Shown: positions 14,109 to 29,211 of the stretch, piece after piece
How positions within the stretch are numbered: position 1 is the stretch's first letter
Layout: each line of letters starts with the position of its first letter
Origin: Octopus vulgaris
Lineage: Eukaryota
Reading direction: 5' to 3'
NCBI GenBank assembly: GCA_951406725.2
Contig: OX597815.1
Coordinates: 100,874,001 to 100,938,000 of the forward strand
Length of the DNA stretch: 64,000 bases
The notes under the pieces: generated by a model
The model's database searches: none
Seen by the model: the letters and a program-made list of their open reading frames with translations, nothing else
Told to the model about the DNA's origin: nothing
Translations under genes and position numbers: made by a program

Positions 14109-14800
14109 CGTGCGTATGTGGGTAAATATGTATTTATAAATGCATGTATGTATATATTTATATATGTGCATGTGTGTATGCGTATATATTTAGACACACA
14201 AACACGCACACACACATATATATATAAGCACACATACATACATTCTCATATATATCTATATATATAGATCCAGAGACGTCCAATGTAGAAAACACGTCGT
14301 AATGCTCAACTTTACTTCTCTCAATCGCCTAGTCACTCACGCCCCCCTCTCTCTCTCAGCTGTGCCTTTCCTAACTCTTCTTGCCCTTCCGTTACTTTAA
14401 CGTTCCCCTTCTCCCTGAACCACTTACTTCCTCCAGCTCTCCTTCGATCGTTACTTCCTCTTTCCACCTGATTTTATTTGCCTTCTTCTTCACTCGTACC
14501 CTTAAATTCTCTGTATTATGATCTGAAACGTTAAATGCCAATCTCTCCACCCTGAAGACGGCAGCCGGATTTACGGCAATCTTTAAATGCCTTCATTACT
14601 GGTTACATATTCTTGACTTTTTGCACATTCCATCTGCTAACATTTCAACTATCACGTAATCACAAGCTCCTAGAAACAGGTGTTGGACCTGAACTACCAT
14701 ACATTCATTCCTTGGTTTTGTGACTCTTTTGTACTCTATATGAATCTGTTCTGTAAATCTATAAATATCTATATTCTTATGCATGAATAATGCATAAGTG

Positions 14801-14995
14801 AAGGCGCATGATCTAGTGGTTATAGTGTTACGCTCACGACTGCCAGACCGTGATTTCAATTCCTAGACGGAGTCGTGCGTTTTGTTCTTGAGCAAAAACA
14901 CTTCATCTCGATCTGCGATCACTTCATCTGCGATCACTTCCATACCTGACGCTTGGCACACAGTGTACCCGTTCAGACAACGTCGAACGACAAAA
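14801..14995 (+). mobile_element. Degenerate tRNA-headed SINE fragment
   Basis: GGCGCATGATCTAGTGGTTA A-box-like, GATTTCAATTCC B-box-like, then TTCTTGAGCAAAAACACTT CORE-like. Confidence 0.55.
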
Positions 14996-15120
14996 GCTGA
15001 ACGCTAATGCGTCGTCTTCGACGGCAGAGTACATCATATATGAATATATATACATATGTGTGTGTGTATGCGTGTGTGTGTGTGTGTGGGGGGGGTAATT
15101 GAAAAAATATTGAGTCAATA

Positions 15121-15271
15121 AAGAGTACGGTTGGACATTTATTTTCAATCACTACAATTGTTTCTACGCAATGTAGTTCTCCAGGCATAATCAAGTGCGT
15201 GCACGCCTAGAGAACTACATTGCGTAGAAACAATTGTCGTGATTAAAAATAAATGTCCAACTGTACTCCTT
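15121..15271. repeat. ~65-bp-stem palindrome
   Basis: 15121-15186 is the near-perfect reverse complement of 15205-15271. Confidence 0.9.
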
Positions 15272-15429
15272 CTTGTGAACTCCAAATTTTAAAATTATCT
15301 ATTCACACACGACAGAAGCCCAAACGCAAACTTGGAAGTACGTATAATACTACTACTGGACAGCAGAGGGTGAAATCTGAAGGTGAACCAGCTTTATACT
15401 GTACTCTACTACATTCTTAACAGAATATA

Positions 15430-15507
<78 letters not shown>

Positions 15508-15511
<4 letters not shown>

Positions 15512-16605
15512 CGTTGATTAGAGAACAAACATCAAATTCGAGTCGACGACTTTATATAACACCACACTTCCATACATTTGATCATGTATAAATATTACTA
15601 TGGCCTTTAACATATAAAGAATACATATATATAAAAAAACACAGAATGTAAAAAATATATATGCGAATAAAAATACAAATATATAGAAAGGCCTATCAAG
15701 AAAGTATATACAATCGACTAAAAATTCTAAAGCGTGTCATGCGACTAAAAATCTAAACAAAATAAAATATTAATCGACTAAAAAGATTTTCTTACTCCCC
15801 TCAAATAAAAAAAATATGTCAAAAATGTTCAATTCAAAAAACCAAGGTAGGTTGGAGTACAGGAGCGTAACAGAGTTCCACAAAATCAAGTGAAAGACAT
15901 CTATGGCCATTTCGGGAGTTCACTGTCGCGGTTCGATTACGAGTTAAGGTGCATCTCGGCAATGACCCCCTCATCGGGATGAACAGGAATCTCAACCAAT
16001 TGCTCGTCACTCAAAATGGTAAAACCAAGAATGTTGTTTATCTTACTGCTTTACAGTGATCTCCAAATGTCACAGTGATACAAAATTCTCCAAATGTGAT
16101 ACTCTGTGATATAAATATGAGATGGTAGGGTACCAATAAATGTGTTATTATTATTGCTCTCTTTAATTTTGGACCGCAGGCCCAATTAGCCCTCCATACT
16201 GGAGCTGGCTTATAAGTTCACATGGAGTGCGGCTTTTAAGCGGGTCTCTTATATAGGGCAAAGAAAACACGCTTGTCGAAGAACCCTGAATGAAGGTGCA
16301 CGGAAGATTATCCAGAGTCGCATTTGTAACCGCACATACTGTGCAGCAGAAACAAGTATCGGTCATTGTAACCAAATAATTCTACTGTATGACCAAGTAT
16401 GAAATTAAAAGAAAAATTGATGATGTAGCATACTAGTATTTTTATTCGCATATATATTTTTTTACCTTCTGTGTTTTTTTATATATGTATTCTTTATATA
16501 GTAAAGGCCATGGTAATAGTTATATATGGCCAAATGTAAGGTGTATGGTATTATATAAAGTTGTTGACTCGAATTTGATGTTTGTTCTCTAATCAATGAT
16601 TTTTT
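15508..16605. mobile_element. Foldback unit with ~170-bp inverted arms enclosing a second copy of the Helitron 3' region (16007-16440)
   Basis: 15508-15677 vs 16436-16605 inverted; 16007-16440 closely repeats 13449-13870. Confidence 0.75.
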
Positions 16606-16699
16606 TTGTCTCTGTCTCAATTACATTTGAGCACTTCTTTTTTTCAGTGTTATAAACCCTTTTGTCTCCATAAAAAGAGGTAAAAATTATTTCTTGTCG

Positions 16700-16759
<60 letters not shown>

Positions 16760-17699
16760 CACGCACATATTTCAATGTTCATTGCTGTCTGTTATAGGGG
16801 GTCTGACTGTCAGCATCTAAAAAATAATTCTTCAAAGCGAAGGACCTAGTTATATTTTTCTTCTGTAGAAAACTAGCAATTGCCCATACATACAAGCTTC
16901 TTTTCCTCTCGTCACCCATGGCCAAGGGAAAAACAAGGCTGATCTAGCAAGGAACATCTGTCGTTTCAGACCTTGCCGCCAGAACGCAAACAGCTGAAAC
17001 AAGTACCACAGGCATCCTATTAGACACACTAAGATTTACGCCGATCCACTGTCCTAGACTGGTACTCTAGTTATCGATCTCGAAAGGACGAAAAGTAAGG
17101 ATGACCCTTATCAGGAAATGAACACAGAGTTAGTAGAAAGAGAGCAAAACATTACATACATGCATACATACATATATATGTATATACACACACATTCACA
17201 CATTATATGTACATGTATATTAATATTTTATAAGCTTAAAACTTACTAGCTATTACTGTCCGTACACGTGGGACACGAAAATCATAGTAGATATGTGTGT
17301 GTGCATATATATATATATATATACACACACATACGTACATACATACATACATACATAACTACATACACCCATACATACTTACATACAAACGTGTGTGTGT
17401 GTGTGCGCGTTTATTTGTGCGTGTGTGTGTGCTCTTGTGCGTGTTTCTGTGTATGTCTGTTTGTGTTGCATTGAAAACAAAACTAGGTTTTAGTTTTATC
17501 TTTTTTTATTAAAATTTTGGTGTTTGGAACAATAAAATTCTTAAATCCATTAATAACATTTCTAGAGTTTCAGTTTTTTCATCAAGATGTGATGTATTGT
17601 TGGCGAATGTAATCAGCGCTTTTATAATTGCCAAAACTGATTTCTGTAGAATTATCCATCAGAATTTGAATATTGCACGTTAGATTTGTGTGACATTAG

Positions 17700-18330
17700 T
17701 CCCCTGCTTATTTTATTCGCAATGTATGTTTTCCGCGTGCTTATTTCAACAATGTACTGATTTATGAGAGATGCTTTATCATTTATCATTTACTTTAACA
17801 GTGAATTATATATAACATGAATGTATTGCCCACTAATGCTTTCCTGTTTAACTTTGTTTTGTGCTGTGTGGTATACTGTGTCGCAATTGTTCTTTGTAAG
17901 TGCATGGTAAGCCGCCGGGAGGATGTTGTACATGTATGGTTAATATAACAAGTTCGTGAAGCTTATCACTTTTATTTTTTTTAACTGAATATGTGAATCA
18001 CATGGTTTGTAGCTTGTTCTCGGTTTTCCATGCTTGTGCTTTTTTTGGTGATAATGAAGTTTTTGATTTTAATAATTTTGTGGTGTAGAACTGGTGTTAG
18101 CTTATGTTTTGGTGTGATGTGCTTTATGCCATCTTTTGATAGGTATTCGGTGGCGTTTCGTTCGTTTTGTAGTTTGTATGCTTATGATTTATATAACGTT
18201 TTGCGGGATTTGTATAATATTAATGTGTGTAATGCTTAATATAATTGTTGCGTTGTTTTTGCATCTGTATTCGTCTGTGTTTTGCCTACTGTCTATAAGA
18301 ATGCTATTTGATTATTAGTGCTTTTATATT
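17700..18330 (-). mobile_element. Penelope-like GIY-YIG endonuclease relic
   Basis: Minus-strand TNHVIHIF...CYINHTCTTSSRRLTMHLQ resembles VIY..YIG.T...L.RR..H. Confidence 0.5.
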
Positions 18331-19018
18331 GTAGATTTCCTTATCTAGTAATTCATCTATGGAAAAGAATCTAAATATTCTTGTTAGTATAGCTCTCTTT
18401 CGTAGGTTTACAATGCACTTGCAATAATGGGCAATTGCAACACACTATTCCACAGGATACAAAATAAGGCTAAATAGGAAAATATTAATGGCTGCACATC
18501 TGCGATATAAAGAACTTCCTACAAAAATGTACGATTTATGATGGATACATTACTCAGGAAACACAGTACAATGCTAAGGTAAACATACAGATTACATTCA
18601 CATGTCACAAACAAAATAAACCTGCGACTGACAATGTATAAGTCTAGTTTCAAATGTTGGTGGTAAAGTGCGTGTCACCAGAACCACATTTACTAGCAAC
18701 AGAAGAGGTAATCATACCAAAAACACTTCACAAGCTAGAGACGAGACTGTGAAAGTCTAGAAACATTGATGAAAAATTTAGGAACTTCAATAGTCCAAAA
18801 GAACTGTAAGGACTCATAAAAAATATTGAAAAAAAAACTAATATAAAACTGATAAAACTAGAATATAGTCGTGTTTTCAATAATGTCCGAAAGATGTCAT
18901 CCGTATACAAACATACATACATATATATATATATATACACACATACACATACATATATAATGTTATGTTAGTGTATATATATAATGTTATGTTCGTATAT
19001 ATATATAATGTTATGTTC

Positions 19019-19883
<865 letters not shown>

Positions 19884-20163
19884 TATGTTTATCTATGTGC
19901 TAGTTGTTGCTTGTGATTATGTATGCGTATAAGTGTATGTATATACATATAACTATGTGTGTATGTGCGATTGATCTGTAGATGCGTGTGCGAATATTGG
20001 CGTTCCTTGACTAACCAACCGTATAATTTTCTTTTGTGATTTAAATTTCAAACCAATAGCCAATCGAATTAATCTAAATTTTCTTTACCTAGTGGTCAGC
20101 ATTTCTAAACTCATAGTTATTTCGTTCTTGAAAGGATGGACTTAGTGCAAACTTAACTGTATC

Positions 20164-20221
<58 letters not shown>

Positions 20222-20565
20222 ATTAATAGTAATTTTTATTAACTTTTATAGCTTTAGAATTTTATGAACTGAACCATGGTTTTAATTATTATTTTTCATC
20301 TCCCTATGTGTTAGGTTTTTTTTTTTTTTTTATAAAAAATATTAGCCAAATATGTATAATATCGGTACTTATTAATATTAATATATACACTGATATATAT
20401 TTTGTTTTATTTTGTTCTGTTTACCTTCCTTTATTGTACCAATGTGTATTATATTATATAAGTGTAGCATTATGATGTATAAGTTTTTATATTTTACATT
20501 TTTATATTTTTATATTTATATGTATATGATTATATAATATTTTTCACAATTATAACAAATTTAAT

Positions 20566-20685
20566 TTAATTCTCTGAAGAGGCCGTGGGGCATCCTTGTT
20601 AATGCCTCATTTATACCTGCCTTTATGGCTTATAGGTTAAATGAGGTATGACTGCCCTCACTGCCGAAACAGCTGTCAGTTTTGA
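20566..20685 (+). ncRNA. Type I hammerhead ribozyme with 85-nt extended helix II
   Basis: CT-CTGAAGA-GGC...GCC-GAAA-CAGCTG-TC-AG: canonical core, palindromic ACAGCTGT stem III, GUC site at 20675-20677. Confidence 0.8.
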
Positions 20686-20870
20686 TTATTTGCATATTAT
20701 ATTTGAATTTTTTTACTTATATCTCTTTATCTTTTTACTATTAATGTATATCTCTTTTTTGTATAATGCCTCTACTCATATGTAATGGTGTATTAAAGTA
20801 TTGATTGGGTATCATCGGATAGTTGATGTTTTATTGATTTAAGTATGTTTCTCCATTCTCTAATTTTGTA

Positions 20871-20911
<41 letters not shown>

Positions 20912-21390
20912 CACATTCTTCTTCTGTTCTTTTCTCCAGCTAATCAGCTTCCTTAACCTACCCTACTACCATTCCTACCACTAAAGAAATATTTTCTTGC
21001 AACAGTTAGATGCGAACTTAATCTTGGTCTGACTGGCATCTTTCTTCATGTTTCCTGAAATTCATATCCACAACTTTATCGGTATATTTACCTTCTCTGG
21101 GATGTCACTAATTAATTTGAGAACTTTACATTGTTGGAAAGCATATATGAACTCAATCTTGGTTTGCTTGGCATCTTGCTTCAAGTTCCTGAAACTCACA
21201 TCTACAACTTTATCGGTATATTTACACTCTATAAGATGTTACTAATTGATTTGAGAACTTTACATTATTGGAAAACAACAATTATACTAATTTACCGGAT
21301 CTATTCTTGTTGCTTATTTTTTGGTTATACACATTTATATATATAAATATATATATATAGATATATACATACATATATAATATTATGTTC

Positions 21391-21428
<38 letters not shown>

Positions 21429-21759
21429 GCACATACACACGCACACACACACATTCATAACTACGGAAGCCAACGTACTGTGATAGGTAGAGCTTACTGA
21501 AGGGCGCGGTTACATAAATGACATTAGGAACAGTCATGACTGGATTGCCTTTCATCACGCATCTTTTCGATCGAAATTAAAATGGACCTTATTAACAACT
21601 AAAAGATCCACTAAACTGGAGATCGACCTGATAAATGTAATAATCAAAACCTTTATATAATAACACATACCGGCCTTAAAAATAAAAGAATGCATTAAAC
21701 AAATTGTCTCTCACAAACCCACCTTAACTATTGAGGATAGTTATTGAGGCAGAAACCCT

Positions 21760-22170
21760 ACGGCATCCTTTCTCATGAAGCATGTAACACCGAGGGCATC
21801 ATTTATGAGATGGGCATTAAATATACAGATTGTAATCAGAACAGCAACCTAAGACGATATATCGGATTAACCGAAGGAGACTTCAAAAGGTGATTCAACG
21901 ACCATACTGCATCATCCAGAAACATTGTAAAACGGAATACGGCAACGATTATATAAACTATATCTGGCAGTGAAGAGGAAATGGCATAGCTTTTGTTATC
22001 GGCTGTAAGATCGCTGAAAATTCCAAGCCAAACACGGAGGCTACCGAGATATGTAAACTCTGCATAACAGAAAAGAGCATAATCTTAAGGCATTTGTAGC
22101 AACCAAGCGTGTATCTTAACGTTAATCGAGAATATTAATATGCTGCACATCCCAAAAAGTTTTTTACTGT
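21760..22170 (+). mobile_element. Penelope-like (Naiad-type) GIY-YIG endonuclease relic
   Basis: GIIYE...YIGLTEGDFKR*FNDH...YIW...CKLCITEK. Confidence 0.7.
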
Positions 22171-22394
22171 ATGCTCTTCCATAGGCCACTTCTTTCTCCA
22201 GTATTGTCTTTGTCCTTTACAGATTTCATATTGTATTTGTATTGGTTCCACTTAATGTTTCTCCAAACTTTTCCGGATTATTTTTTCTTCCCAAATAGTC
22301 TTCGCTCTTCTGTTTCCGTCTTTATCTCGTTCCATCTGTTAATCTTTAACCTTCACGTTCTCCCATCTCGTTTAACGTTAGGTCTCAAATTTTC

Positions 22395-22806
22395 GCACAA
22401 GGCCAGTAATTTCGGCCGAGGAGGCAAGTCGATTACATCGACACCAGTATTCAACTGGTACCAATTTTTATCGATTCCGAACGGATGAAAAGCAAAAATC
22501 GACCTCGGCAGAATTTGAACTCAGAACACAAAAACGAATGAAATGCCGCTAAGCATTGTCTCCGTAGCGTTTACGATTCTGCCCGCTCTTCACCCCATAG
22601 GAATGGTTTCACATTTTTAGCACAAGGTCAGGAAGTTCGATTACATTGACGCCAGTGTCCAACTGGTATTCATTTTATCGACTCCGAATGGATGAAAAGT
22701 AAAGTCGGCCTCGGCGGAATTTGAAATCACAACGCAAAGACGAGCGAAATACCGCAAAAAAACATTTTGCCTGAAAATGCTAAACATTCTGCCAGCTCGT
22801 CGCCTT
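22395..22806 (-). mobile_element. Two tandem tRNA-SINE copies
   Basis: Two copies of ...GGATGAAAAG..GTCGACCTCGGC.GAATTTGAA... matching the family at 1-212. Confidence 0.8.
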
Positions 22807-23110
22807 CCCCTCACTTAATGTTTAATGATTAATATTTATCTGTATATGCAAGAATATACGTGAAAGAACGTGTATATGTAGGTGTGTGTGTGTGTGTGTT
22901 TGTTGCTAGTGTGTGTGTTTGAGTGAGTGAATGAATGAATGTGTGTGTGTGTGTCCGTGCGTGCGTGCGTACGTGTATATGTGCTTTGCAAGAAAATGTA
23001 GGATTGATGGATGGATGGATCGATCCATCCATCCATCGATCTACCCATTCACTCATCCACCCATAGATCAATCGAAACATAAAACTCAGAAACTGAACAT
23101 TTATAATATA

Positions 23111-23994
23111 GGAGGCGGTATCAAAAAGTTCCCGGACTAGTTATATTTAATAGTTATATTTACCTAAGTTTTAACATTATTTCCTTTGAAATAGTCACCT
23201 TGCACAGCAATATATCGCAGCTAGCGTTCCTGCTACTTTCAGAGAATCCGGCCTGGAAGTCGTTTTCTGTGAGTGAGTCGGGGTCTTTCTCTGATTCGCT
23301 TTCGATCTCGACAACGTGATAAAACAGCGAACTTTGAGCTGCAGTTTCATCTTGGGGAGAGATGGAAGTCTGCAGGTACTAAATCTGGTGAATAGGGCGA
23401 GTACGGAAGCAATACCATGTTGTTTTTGGAGGGAAACTCACAAGTGAAGAGAGCTCGGTGAAGAGGATGCATTGTCATCGTGAACAATCCAATTCCGCGC
23501 GCTCCACAGATCCAGTTACTTTCCCTCAAACGCTTTAAAACATTGCAGTAGAACTTTCAGTTGACGGTCTGACCCGGGGGTGGGGAGAATTCCCGAAGCA
23601 CAATACTGCAGATGTCGTGAAAAATTATGAGAATGCTTTTGATTGAGCTCTGGCTCTTTTGAAGCGCCTGTACCACACGAAACATTGCGTACGACCCATT
23701 GCTACGTCGCTGTAAGCTTGCCAAAGCATGCTCAGTATCTCTTGTAGCAGACTTCCCAAGTTTAACGCAAAATTTCACGTTAGCTCTTTGTTCCTGTCCA
23801 TGACAAAATCACAGACTGCACGATACACGTGATCACAAAAACACAAATTTCAGAACCTGCGAAATAAACACAGTGATGTCACTCAGCAAACTGCCTCATG
23901 ATGGTCACTGCTAGCTCTCACTGCACTACAACTGTGTGCTGCCATCAGTTGGCTCACTACAGAACTAGTCCGGGAACGTTTTGATACCACCTCG
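23111..23994 (-). mobile_element. Internally deleted mariner
   Basis: TIRs GGAGGCGGTATCAAAAAGTTCCCGGACTAGTT / AACTAGTCCGGGAACGTTTTGATACCACCTCG, TA flanks; KFCVKLGKSAT and PYSPDLVPADFHL. Confidence 0.9.
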
Positions 23995-24424
23995 TATATT
24001 CCCCAATAATGGCTCAGTAGTATTTATATGGATTTATAATTATTCCTATTTAATAGTTTAAGTTGCTAGTACGTTCAAACGAAAGTTGGGGAATTATTTC
24101 CTAACCAACTCAGACGGTTCAATGTTTTATTAATATCCTACTAGATGTAAAAATGTTCGTTTAATTATGAATTGCTTCAATCATTATTATTTATTTCTAA
24201 TTCAGCTACTTTAGTATCTTTATTTTCAAACCACTAATACGACAAAATTCCTACGCGCTTCTTTAAAATACTGTATCCTAAACTATTTAATGTTGCGTTG
24301 AATTCCTAGTAATAGAATGAGAATTCAACACATAAATCTCTTCTTATATAAGAAGCACTTTTGAAGGTATGCATATGTGCCTATATGTGTGTGTGCGCCT
24401 ACGTGTGCATGTGCGTGCCTATAT

Positions 24425-26510
24425 GAAGCACCCAAAAACTCTCCAAACTGAATTTTCATAAAGCAAACTGGAGATTGATTGAAAAAGAGATCCTCAAACA
24501 GGATTGGCCTAAATGTCTCTCCACTACAGACATTGGCATGAAACAAAAACACTTCATGCCTGAACAAACACCCCAAAAGTGGTGAGAAGTCTCGCTTGGA
24601 GAGAGCGCTGTTGGAGACTGAGAAAAGATACGGAAGCTTGGGTTATAGGAAATATAAAGTTGCACCCTAAAGCTTTCTTTATGTTTGCCAAAGAAACAGC
24701 CTCAGTACGCCACATGATAAAACCCTTCTTCCAAAAAAGATGGCTCCCTCACAGGAAATCCAATGAGGATAAGTGAAATACTGAACTAACAGTTCCAAAG
24801 TGTGTTCACTATACCTCTGGGACACAGAATTCTTTGCCACTTTACCTGCAACCAAAGAGGCGAAAATTGATTGCATCAACATTGAAGAAGATGTAACACT
24901 GGCCACAGATGAGGTTGACACAAACTCAGACGATGGCCCTAATGGATTCCCAGAAGTCCTAAAATTGTGCAAACGAGCCCTTTCAAAACCACTGCAGCTT
25001 CTTTTTTAAAACTTTCTTGCAAGTGCTAAACTCCCAGACAAACTGAAGGAAGGGATAATATGCCCTATCCATAAGGGAGGAGGCAGAGTAGACACAAAAA
25101 ATTAATGGCCTATCTCTCTGACCTCACACATCAGCAACGTCAAGGAACGAATAGTCCGCAAGAAACTAATCACGTTCCTTGAAGAAAATGATTTTCTGAC
25201 TGACACCCAGCATAAATTTCGACCAGGCAGAAGGTGCTTGACACAGATCTTGCAACATTACAACTTGATGTTAAAATAGCTGCTAAATGACTCGAGTGTG
25301 GAGACGATATATATCGACTTTCCAAAAGCCTTTGATAAAGTCGACTATGATATATGTCACAAACTGCGTGATCTCGACATAATCGGAAAGCTAAGAGAAT
25401 GGCTGCACGACTTTTTAAAAGATAGACGTCAGGCAGTGGTGGCCAATGGAGCCACCTCAAAGGAAACAAAAATAATGAGTGGTGTTCTACGGGGCACTGT
25501 CTTAGGGCCACTGCTATTTATAGTGGCCCTCACAGACATGCCGTCAGCTGCTCAGATAGCCACCGTTGCTAGCTATGCAGATAACAATAAAGTCTCTCAG
25601 ACAATACAAAATCCTAGGCAACAAAATGCAGTTTAATACAGGAAAATTCCAAGCCCTGCGCTACCAGCACACAAAGCTTAACGACATGCAGACTCCCGGA
25701 CCAGGATACACTGGCCCGGGAGGAATTGCAATCCCTGAATCAAAATCAGTGAGTGTTCTGGACATTCATATGAGCAATGATGCATCTTTCCAGGTGCATA
25801 TTACCAATTTGGTAATAAAATGCAAACGGCTAGCTGGACAGATCCTCCGAACTTTCAAAACAAGAGAAAAGGAGACAATGATGGTCCTTAGGGGGGCATA
25901 CGTCCTCAGCCGCTTGGACTACTGCCCCCAACTATGGTCCAACACACTATAAAATTAAAGGTGGAACTCGAAGTAATCAAACGAAGCCACACCAAGAAAA
26001 TCGTCTCAGTGCGACGTATCAGCTACTGGGACAGACTGAAACAATTATAACTCTTTTCCTTAGAACAAAGGTGGAAAAGATATGCAGTGATATACATCTG
26101 GAAAATCCAGGAAGACCTTGTACTAAACTTTGGCACTGAAAGTTACACAAACAACAGAACGAGGCGCCACTGCATAGTTCCAAAGATCCGAGCATCGCCA
26201 TCAAAATACAGGGCCAGATACTGCAACAGCGTGGGTTTCAAGGCCCACAGTTCTTCAATATACTTCCAAAATGTCGAAGATGCATGGTGTGGATGTAAGT
26301 GTCTTCAAAACAAAACTGGATTTCCTCCTGTCAAGGGTTCCAGATGAGCCTACCTCACGGCCGGAAACACAGATGAGGGCAGCAGCATCAAACTCCCTCA
26401 TTGACCAAATGCCACCTATCAGAAGAGGTTTCAAATAATAATGTAGCACAGCCATCGGCGGTGCCCCAGCATGACCGCAGCCTTAAAGCTGAAACAGTTT
26501 TAAAATTAAT
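24425..26510 (+). mobile_element. Decayed CR1/L2-group LINE
   Basis: PISLTSHIS, IYIDFPKAFDKVD, SGVLRGTVLGPLLF, YAD, MQFNTGKF, SRLDYC; 3' stem-loop tail at 26461-26500. Confidence 0.85.
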
Positions 26511-26523
26511 ATATGTGCGTTTT

Positions 26524-26657
<134 letters not shown>

Positions 26658-26935
26658 GTGAAACCACTAAGACGTCTCGGAAACCAACTGAGAAAGTCAG
26701 CTGCGAATGTTCCTTGTAGTGTGTTTTTGTCTCCCTTTTCTGTCCATTATGTTTTCGCCTAGATTTCATCTATTTTCCTCTTCTCTGTCTAATTTTTGAA
26801 ATATATATATATGTATGTACACGCACGCGCGCACACACACACACACACAGAGACAAATGTATGTATACACACACACACACACACACGCACACGCACACAC
26901 ACTCACACACACACTCTCACACACACACACAAACA

Positions 26936-28185
26936 TGCAGACCCCCAGAGGATCAGTGAGATACTGAATGTGCAATACAAGTGTTTTCACAACTCCATTG
27001 GGGTGCTTGCAAGTAGTTATGCCTAATGAGTTCTTCAGCGCCACAGTTCTACACAAAGAAATGGCAGTTATAGATAGCATCAAAATAGAGGAAACAGATG
27101 TAATATTAGCCATTGATGAAATGACCTCAAACTCAGCCACAAACGTTGATGGATCCCCAGCAATCCTCATAAAGAGATGCAAGACCATTACAGATTCTCT
27201 TCCAAAACATCCTTGCAAATTGGAGACTTCACAGAAAGTTAAAAGAAACCATAATATCTCCTATCCTTAAGTGAGGTTGTAGAGCGGATGTTAACAATTA
27301 TAGACCTGTCCTTCTAACCTGTGGCAGCCAATGGAGCCCTCTCCAAGGAGACAATGATAAAGAGTAGAGTGCCTCAGGGAACTATATTGGGGCTACTGTT
27401 CTTCATGGTGGCTCTTTCATATATGCCATCAGTTACACAGACAGCTACACTTACTAGCTATGCAGTACAAACAGTCAAGGAACCTTCTGATGCTAATCTT
27501 CTACAGAAAGACCTAGATGCCATACATAAACTTGCTGAAGAAAACAACATGCAATTTAATGCAGGTAAATTCCAAGTCCTCCGCTACCAGCTAATTGTGA
27601 TTCACAAGCCGCAACAACGATACTTTGGATCAAAAAGAGCGGCAATCACAGAGTCACGTACAGTGTGTGATCTAAGGATTGATATGAGCAACGATGCCTC
27701 ATTTTACGCACATATCACCAAGATGGTGGCAAGTGTAGGCGCATGGCCGGATGAATTCTAAGAACCTTCAGAACAAGGGCTAGGAAACTATACTGATTCT
27801 ATGGAAGATATTTGTTATCAGCTGTCTGGACTACTGCTTTCAACTGTAGTCGCACTACAGTGTCAAATTAATAGCAGAACTTGAGGCAGTTCAGCAGTGT
27901 AACGCCAGAAAGACTGTATCAACGTAACTGGGAGAGACTGAAAGAGCTACGACTCTACCCCCTGGCGCGAAGACGAGAGAGGTATGCAAGGATATACGTA
28001 TGGACGTTCTTGGAGGGGCTAAACCTATATCAAGGCAAGAAACTCAAAAGCGGGCAGCAGTGTCGATACCCCCTCCTTCACCAAAAGCCAGTCACATAAG
28101 AATGGCCATTGAAAAGGTCCTTACTCTGGTGGTGCTGTAGCATGGCTGCAGCCCAAGGGCTGCAACGTATAGAATAATAAAAGAA
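26936..28185 (+). mobile_element. Second, internally deleted CR1/L2-group LINE
   Basis: VPQGTILGLLFF, LQKDLDAI..NNMQFNAGKF, LARRRERY; similar 3' tail at about 28128-28170. Confidence 0.8.
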
Positions 28186-28494
28186 CATATATTATTGCGT
28201 TCTAGTCAGTCTCTTATTACTTTGAGTTTCACCTGTAGACCTGTAGATGTTCAAGATCTTCAAGCAAGTTATGGTTGGAAACTGATAGGGTTTGCACGCT
28301 AATACAAAGTTTTTGAGTTACTCTATCAACTTCCAGTCATAATTTGTCCTCAGACCTTGTGCACCTTCAGATGAAAGAGTAGCAAGAGACTGACTCGACC
28401 AAAATAAAATGTTTTATGAATATCTTCTATGATATTGAATATTCTGTTTTTCCAGCAGTTAGTATCAAATGGTTGATATATATATATATTATAC

Positions 28495-28555
<61 letters not shown>

Positions 28556-28909
28556 TGTGGGTGAGTGCGCGTGTGTGTGTGTGAGTGAGTGTGCATGTAT
28601 ATATGTATATATATATACATACATATACATACATATATATATACATACGTACGTATATATATATTGTGCGTTTACGCGCACGCGCATGTGTATATGTGTG
28701 TGTATTTGTACCCCTGTGTGTCCGCGTAGGCATGTATACATTTATGTAGTATATATCTGTATGTAATATGTGTATCTATTTAAGTGTATACATGTATCTG
28801 TAGATGTGTTTGTATTAGTATATATGCGTTTGTGTGTGTTTCGATGTGTGCATGAATGGGCATTCGCACCAGCTTGCGACATGTCCGAATACTAATCAGC
28901 CTACAATAC

Positions 28910-29211
28910 CTGGTTGGCTATTCCTCGACTCTGTATTTCAGGAATCGGTCCATACTTTTGGATGTATGTCAACATATCTCCATTGCTAGCATATTCAAGA
29001 ATCATATAAACATATCCGGAATCTTCAAAACTATCAAAGAATCTGATTATGTTCTGGTGTTCGATTTTTGGCCATATTTCCAATTCTCGAGGTAGAAACC
29101 GTTTCAGGAAATCGCTTGGTGCTTTTGAAAGATTAACAATTTTCACTGCCACTTTTAAAGAAGTTTTCTTAGAGTTTTGAGCCAATTTGACTTTCGAATA
29201 ACTACCACTTC
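28910..29211 (-). CDS. TSSK: TSSK-like testis-specific Ser/Thr kinase, coding exon 2 (subdomains I-V)
   Basis: Acceptor ttctctgtttccag; (G)GA-SGSYSKVKLA..VAVKIV...KAPSDFLKRFLPRELEIWPKIEHQNII..YMILEYASNGDML; donor CAG|gtattg. The AP.DF..RFLPREL motif is characteristic of TSSKs. Confidence 0.9.

Noticed and set aside
14552-14590. CTGAAGA-CGGC.. hammerhead 5' half
   Set aside because: No closing GAAAC downstream
14596-14859. 87-aa minus ORF as a host exon
   Set aside because: Overlaps a SINE head; no recognisable motif or kinase similarity
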